Shown here: positions 8,557 to 13,092 of the stretch, one piece after another | How positions within the stretch are numbered: position 1 is the stretch's first letter | How the letters are laid out: each line of letters opens with the position of its first letter | Assembly (NCBI RefSeq): GCF_006345805.1 | Contig: NW_021826317.1 | Coordinates: forward strand, 1-13,092 | Length of the DNA stretch: 13,092 nucleotides | Source of the DNA: Octopus sinensis | Lineage: Eukaryota | Reading direction: 5' to 3' | Program-made: the position numbers and the translations under genes | Notes under the pieces: model-generated | The model's input: only the letters and a program-made list of their open reading frames with translations | Told to the model about the DNA's origin: nothing | Databases searched by the model: none

Positions 8557-8762
8557 TTTTTTTTTAAACGTTTGTTTTTTCTTTGTTTCATTTTATGTTG
8601 TTTTGTTCTTACTTATTTTAATACTTTATTTATTCATTTATTTATTTAGTTATTTATTTCATTGTTATTATCTTTTTTTATATTGTTTGGTTTCTTTCTT
8701 TTTTGTTTTTTTGATATTATTATTTTTGTTTTCACATATATATTTTTTTTGGTTTTTTTTTA
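8557..8762. repeat. T-rich low-complexity tract
   Basis: Runs of T broken by single A/G/C, including (TTTA)n. Confidence 0.85.
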
Positions 8763-8854
8763 GTGGTTCGGTCAAACCCAGCAAGTCACTGCTGAAAAGA
8801 AAGACGGGGAACTAAACAAAGACATCAACCAGCGATCACGCCATCGCAGTTACC

Positions 8855-9777
8855 GCCACCACCACCACCACCACCACCACTGCCACGGCCCCGTCGCCGC
8901 CATGCCACGCTGTCGCCGCCACGAGGACTGCGACGATAGTGACGACGAAGACGACGACGACAACGTCCATCACTCTACCACCAGCGCCACCGCCGCCGTG
9001 AAGACCACCACCGTTACTACCACCACCACCACCACCACTACCACAACCATCACCACCACCACTATCACCACCCTCACCACCACCACCACCGCCACTAGCA
9101 CCACCACTAACCCCTTCCCCCACAATCTTCGCCTCCACACCACCACCATCACAACAACCCACCACCACCGGCCGGCCACCTCATGCCATCTCCACCGCCA
9201 TCATAGCGACTAACTACCACTACCATCACCACCGCTACCATCTTCCAGACCACCACACTGACGTGATTCCCCCACTACCCCACCCCCATTTACATTACTA
9301 CTATCATTACCACCACCACCACCACCACCACCACCGCTACCGCAGCCACCACCACCACCACCACCACCACCACTGTCGCCAACACCGAAACAACAACAAG
9401 ACTATCGTCGCCGCCACCGCCATCATCTAAATACTACCAATATATCAACCAGCACCACTGTCACCATTGCTATAATCACAGCAGCTGCTACAAGCACCAC
9501 CACCACCACCACCATCATCATCATTACGATCATCATCAGCAGCAGCAGCACCACCACCGCCACCACCACCACCGCTTCCATCACCATCACCACCAACACT
9601 AACAACGTTGACATGGCGGATATCGTTATTTATTTATTGATTTATCTTCACCACCACCACCACCACCACCATCGTTACAACCACCCCGCCACTGTCTATG
9701 CAGCACCACCACCAAAACCTTCACAGCCACTACCTCTACAACCACCACCACCACCACCAAAAGATATATATATCGAA

Positions 9778-9822
<45 letters not shown>

Positions 9823-9910
9823 TCTACACGCACCACCACCCAAACAACATCGATACCACAACCACTACCGCGACAACATACACCAACAATCACCACTACC
9901 ATCGCCACCA
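8855..9910. repeat. Degenerate (ACC/CCA)n trinucleotide low-complexity region with (GAC), (ATC), (AGC) patches and a (TA)n run
   Basis: About 1 kb of CAC/ACC/CAT triplets, with (TA)n at about 9780-9815. ORFs in all frames and on both strands give homopolymeric His/Thr/Pro/Gly/Val runs. Confidence 0.9.
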
Positions 9911-10133
9911 GCACTGTTCAATCTTTTTGTTGTTTGTGCTGCTGTTGTGATAGATCCGTTTTGTTTTTATTTTTTTATTTTTCATTACACACACACACAC
10001 ATATACATACACTTCAATACACAGTCATGCACACGTATGCACACATACAAACGTATAGAGACAGCCAGACATTCTTGGATACGCCACACATATACGGACG
10101 CATACGAAAGCGATTTGTCATACATACGCATGC

Positions 10134-10137
<4 letters not shown>

Positions 10138-10189
<52 letters not shown>
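10138..10189. repeat. (TA)n microsatellite abutting the MITE-like palindrome
   Basis: Directly visible pure TA run. Confidence 0.95.
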
Positions 10190-10193
<4 letters not shown>

Positions 10194-10513
10194 CTTAGTA
10201 AAATAAATTACTTTGCCACATACTGAACTCATTAGAAATAGCAGCTAAAGAAATTTCTTCAGCTATTTCTAATACTTAAAGAAGATCTCTCTCAGATAGT
10301 GTTTGCCTAAACTAACTCACAAAAGTATGGGGCAAAAAACATTAAAAAATCAAGTGCAAAGGTTTTTTTTCCCCATACTTTTGTGAGTTAGTTTAGGCAA
10401 ACACTATCTGAGAGAGATCTTCTTTAAGTATTAGAAATAGCTGAAGAAATTTCTTTAGCTGCTATTTCTAATGAGTTCAGTATGTGGCAAAGTAATTTAT
10501 TTTACTAAGCCCT
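10190..10513. mobile_element. MITE-like / fold-back element with identical 143-bp inverted arms and a 38-bp spacer
   Basis: 10190-10332 is the exact reverse complement of 10371-10513 (checked base by base). Termini are AGGGCTTAGTAAAA...TTTTACTAAGCCCT, with TA-repeat sequence on both flanks. Confidence 0.85.
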
Positions 10514-10627
10514 TATATATAATGTAATATTTTGAATTCGCCTATAATGGTCCCTTTACATACTGAATACTTGGTGAATTTGATTAATAATTAATTAATT
10601 TTACCCTCAATTGTTGAAATTATAATT

Positions 10628-11670
10628 ATATATATATATATATATATAGATACATACACACACACGTACATATAGATACACACACACACAGAAATCTACA
10701 GCCAGACACAACAACACATACAGATTCTTTACATATGCTTATATATATATACAACCATCAAAATATTAACACCCACACAAACACCTACTCACACCAACAC
10801 AAAACTACGTGCAAACACACATACACACACACACACACACACTAGCACATGCATAACAACACAAGGTATTATAAACGCACACAAACAGACACGCTTATGT
10901 GTTTATATATATATATGTGTGTGTGTGTGTATGTATACATGTACACACGCACACACGTTATGTGCATATGTATGTACGGTATATATATATATATATATAT
11001 ATTATTTACATGTACACACATAAATATGTACATCATGTATGTGCATGCATTAAATGTATATATGTAGGCATATATATGTGAATGTATGTATATATATATG
11101 TGTATGCTTGTATGTATATATGTATGTATATATATATATGTATACAGGTTTGTATATATATGTATTCTCTTATTCTTTTGTTTCAGTCATGTGACTACGG
11201 CCATGCTGGAGCATGTTTGTATATTTGTGTGCATTTATGCTTATATGTATGCATGCATGTGTGTATGTATGTATGTATGTAAACACATACAACGTAGTGT
11301 ATTGCAATAGACTGCGTAAAATATACGTGTATGTATATAAGTATATATATATGTATATGTATACATGTATGTATGTATATATATATATGTATACAAATTT
11401 GTATGTACGTATATTTGTATATTTGTGTGTATATATGCATATACATATGTATACATGTATGTATGTATATATATATATATATTATATACATATATATATA
11501 TATGTATACAAATTTGTATGTACGTATCCATGTACGTATATTTGTGTATATATGCATATACATATGTATATATGTATACAAATTTGTATGTACGTATATT
11601 TGTGTGTATATATGCATATACATATGTATACATGTATGTATGTGTGTGTGTGTGTGTATGTATGTATGTG
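10628..11670. repeat. Compound (TA)/(CA)/(TG)/(TATG) microsatellite field
   Basis: Nearly continuous degenerate alternating purine-pyrimidine repeats, interrupted by the SINE fragment at 11165-11213. Confidence 0.9.
11165..11213 (-). mobile_element. Family A SINE 3'-end fragment
   Basis: TGTTTCAGTCATGTGACTACGGCCATGCTGGAGCA matches the reverse complement of the family A 3' terminus (compare 7971-8005). Confidence 0.8.
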
Positions 11671-11774
11671 TTTAAGCTTGTCGTCTACCTTTTGGATATG
11701 TCCCTGCATGCTTTGCTTTTCTTCCTAGTCTGGTTGTTTTAAACAAACGTGGATAAGTTTCTGAACTACATTCT

Positions 11775-11981
11775 ACTTTTCCTCTCTCTCTCACTCACTC
11801 ACTCATTCACTCACTCACTCACTCACTCCCTCACTTACTTCCTCATTCTCTCTCTCTCTCTCCGCCCCTCTCCCTTTCTATCAACCAAGTCTACCTATAA
11901 GTCTTACTCTTTCTTCTTCAATCTCTCTTCCAATTCAAATCTTTCTCTATCACTCGCTCCGCTTTCTCTCTGTCTGTCGGC

Positions 11982-12019
<38 letters not shown>

Positions 12020-12560
12020 TAACAATCTTCTCTCTTCCCTTATCACTTCTTCTTCTCTCCGTTTCTCTTTGTTTCTTCTATCTCTCCTTTGTTTTTCAAT
12101 CTCTTCATATTCCTCTTCCAATTTCTTTCTTTTAGTATCCATTTCTTAACACATTTTTTTATCCTTTCTAGAGCAACCCTGCAATCTCTCTCCCTCTCCC
12201 TCTCCCTCTTACCACCCTCATACTCTCTGTCTCATACACTCTCCTTCCCTCAACACTTTTTCCTATCTTCCCCTCTCTTTATCTTCTCTATATTTCTAAC
12301 CCTCCCCTTGTTCTCTTGAATTCCTTTCCTTACATTCCCTCCAACTCCTTTTGTTTGCTTTATTTCCACCTCTCTCACACACATTCTTTCTTATTCTCCT
12401 TTTCCCATCAGTTTCTATATATTTATATCTCCCTCTGTCTGTTGATGCTCCCTTCACATTCTCCCCCTCCCCCTCTCTCTCTCTCTCTGTATCTATCTTT
12501 CTGTGTGTTTTCGGCATCGTTTCTCTCTTTATCTCTCCCCTTCAGGTTCACTCTATATAC
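11775..12560. repeat. Polypyrimidine (CT)-rich tract with (TCAC)n and an embedded (TA)n
   Basis: (TCAC)n at about 11790-11830, (CT)n-rich sequence throughout, (TA)n at about 11983-12017. Confidence 0.9.
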
Positions 12561-12708
12561 ACATATACACATTTTAAACATACATGTACACACAAACGAT
12601 TCCACATGCATTTATTATGCCACGCAGGCATACTGTCTATCCTTTTTTTCTCTTTAACACAGTCATTCTATTTTCCTTTACCCCACCGTCACCTCCGTTC
12701 TACCGCCA

Positions 12709-12709
<1 letters not shown>

Positions 12710-12757
<48 letters not shown>

Positions 12758-12765
12758 TACTCACT
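12710..12765. repeat. (CA)n microsatellite
   Basis: Directly visible. Confidence 0.95.
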
Positions 12766-13024
12766 CACATACTGCCCCCTCTCACTCTCTTCTCTCTTTT
12801 CATATCCCTTTTATATATGTATTTATTTATTTGTTTTTTTTTGTTGCAGGCTCTTCTCACCCGTTTCCTCTTCCTTAAGGGGTTATGGAGGGACGGGGCA
12901 AAGGGTGCAGACGAAAGAAAGCACATTTAGGGGCGCGGGAAGTCTAGAAAACACCACTACCCAGACCAGACATAAGAATTAGAGAAGGTGGGGAGGGAGG
13001 ATCGGCAGGGTAAATAATCAGCAA

Positions 13025-13026
<2 letters not shown>

Positions 13027-13075
<49 letters not shown>

Positions 13076-13092
13076 TATATATAAATATATAT
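13027..13092. repeat. (TA)n microsatellite running off the window end
   Basis: Directly visible. Confidence 0.95.

Noticed and set aside
8836-10198. Gly-rich, Thr-rich and His/Pro-rich ORFs as mucin-like or structural proteins
   Set aside because: They are products of the (ACC)n tract in several overlapping frames, run into (TA)n, and have no convincing splice or start context.

Overview
Eukaryotic, non-coding, repeat-saturated DNA, intergenic or intronic. It is most likely from an octopus (coleoid cephalopod); this rests on my recall of the SINE sequences and on the extreme microsatellite load, not on a database search. No credible protein-coding gene, true tRNA, rRNA or CRISPR array is present, and all listed ORFs read as repeat translations or chance. 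The window holds at least three tRNA-derived SINE families (8 copies or fragments, one nested inside another with a perfect 10-bp TSD) and a CRISPR-looking minisatellite with a 45-bp core. It also holds a 1.2-kb non-autonomous Helitron-like composite (head-to-tail units with CTAG|TC junctions, plus an inverted copy that forms a fold-back) and a 324-bp MITE-like palindrome with two identical 143-bp arms. The most notable structures are the Helitron tandem/fold-back at 6616-7831, the perfect palindrome at 10190-10513 and the SINE with a tandem 184-bp unit at 2663-3076. Family labels A, B, B-prime and C are my own working names.
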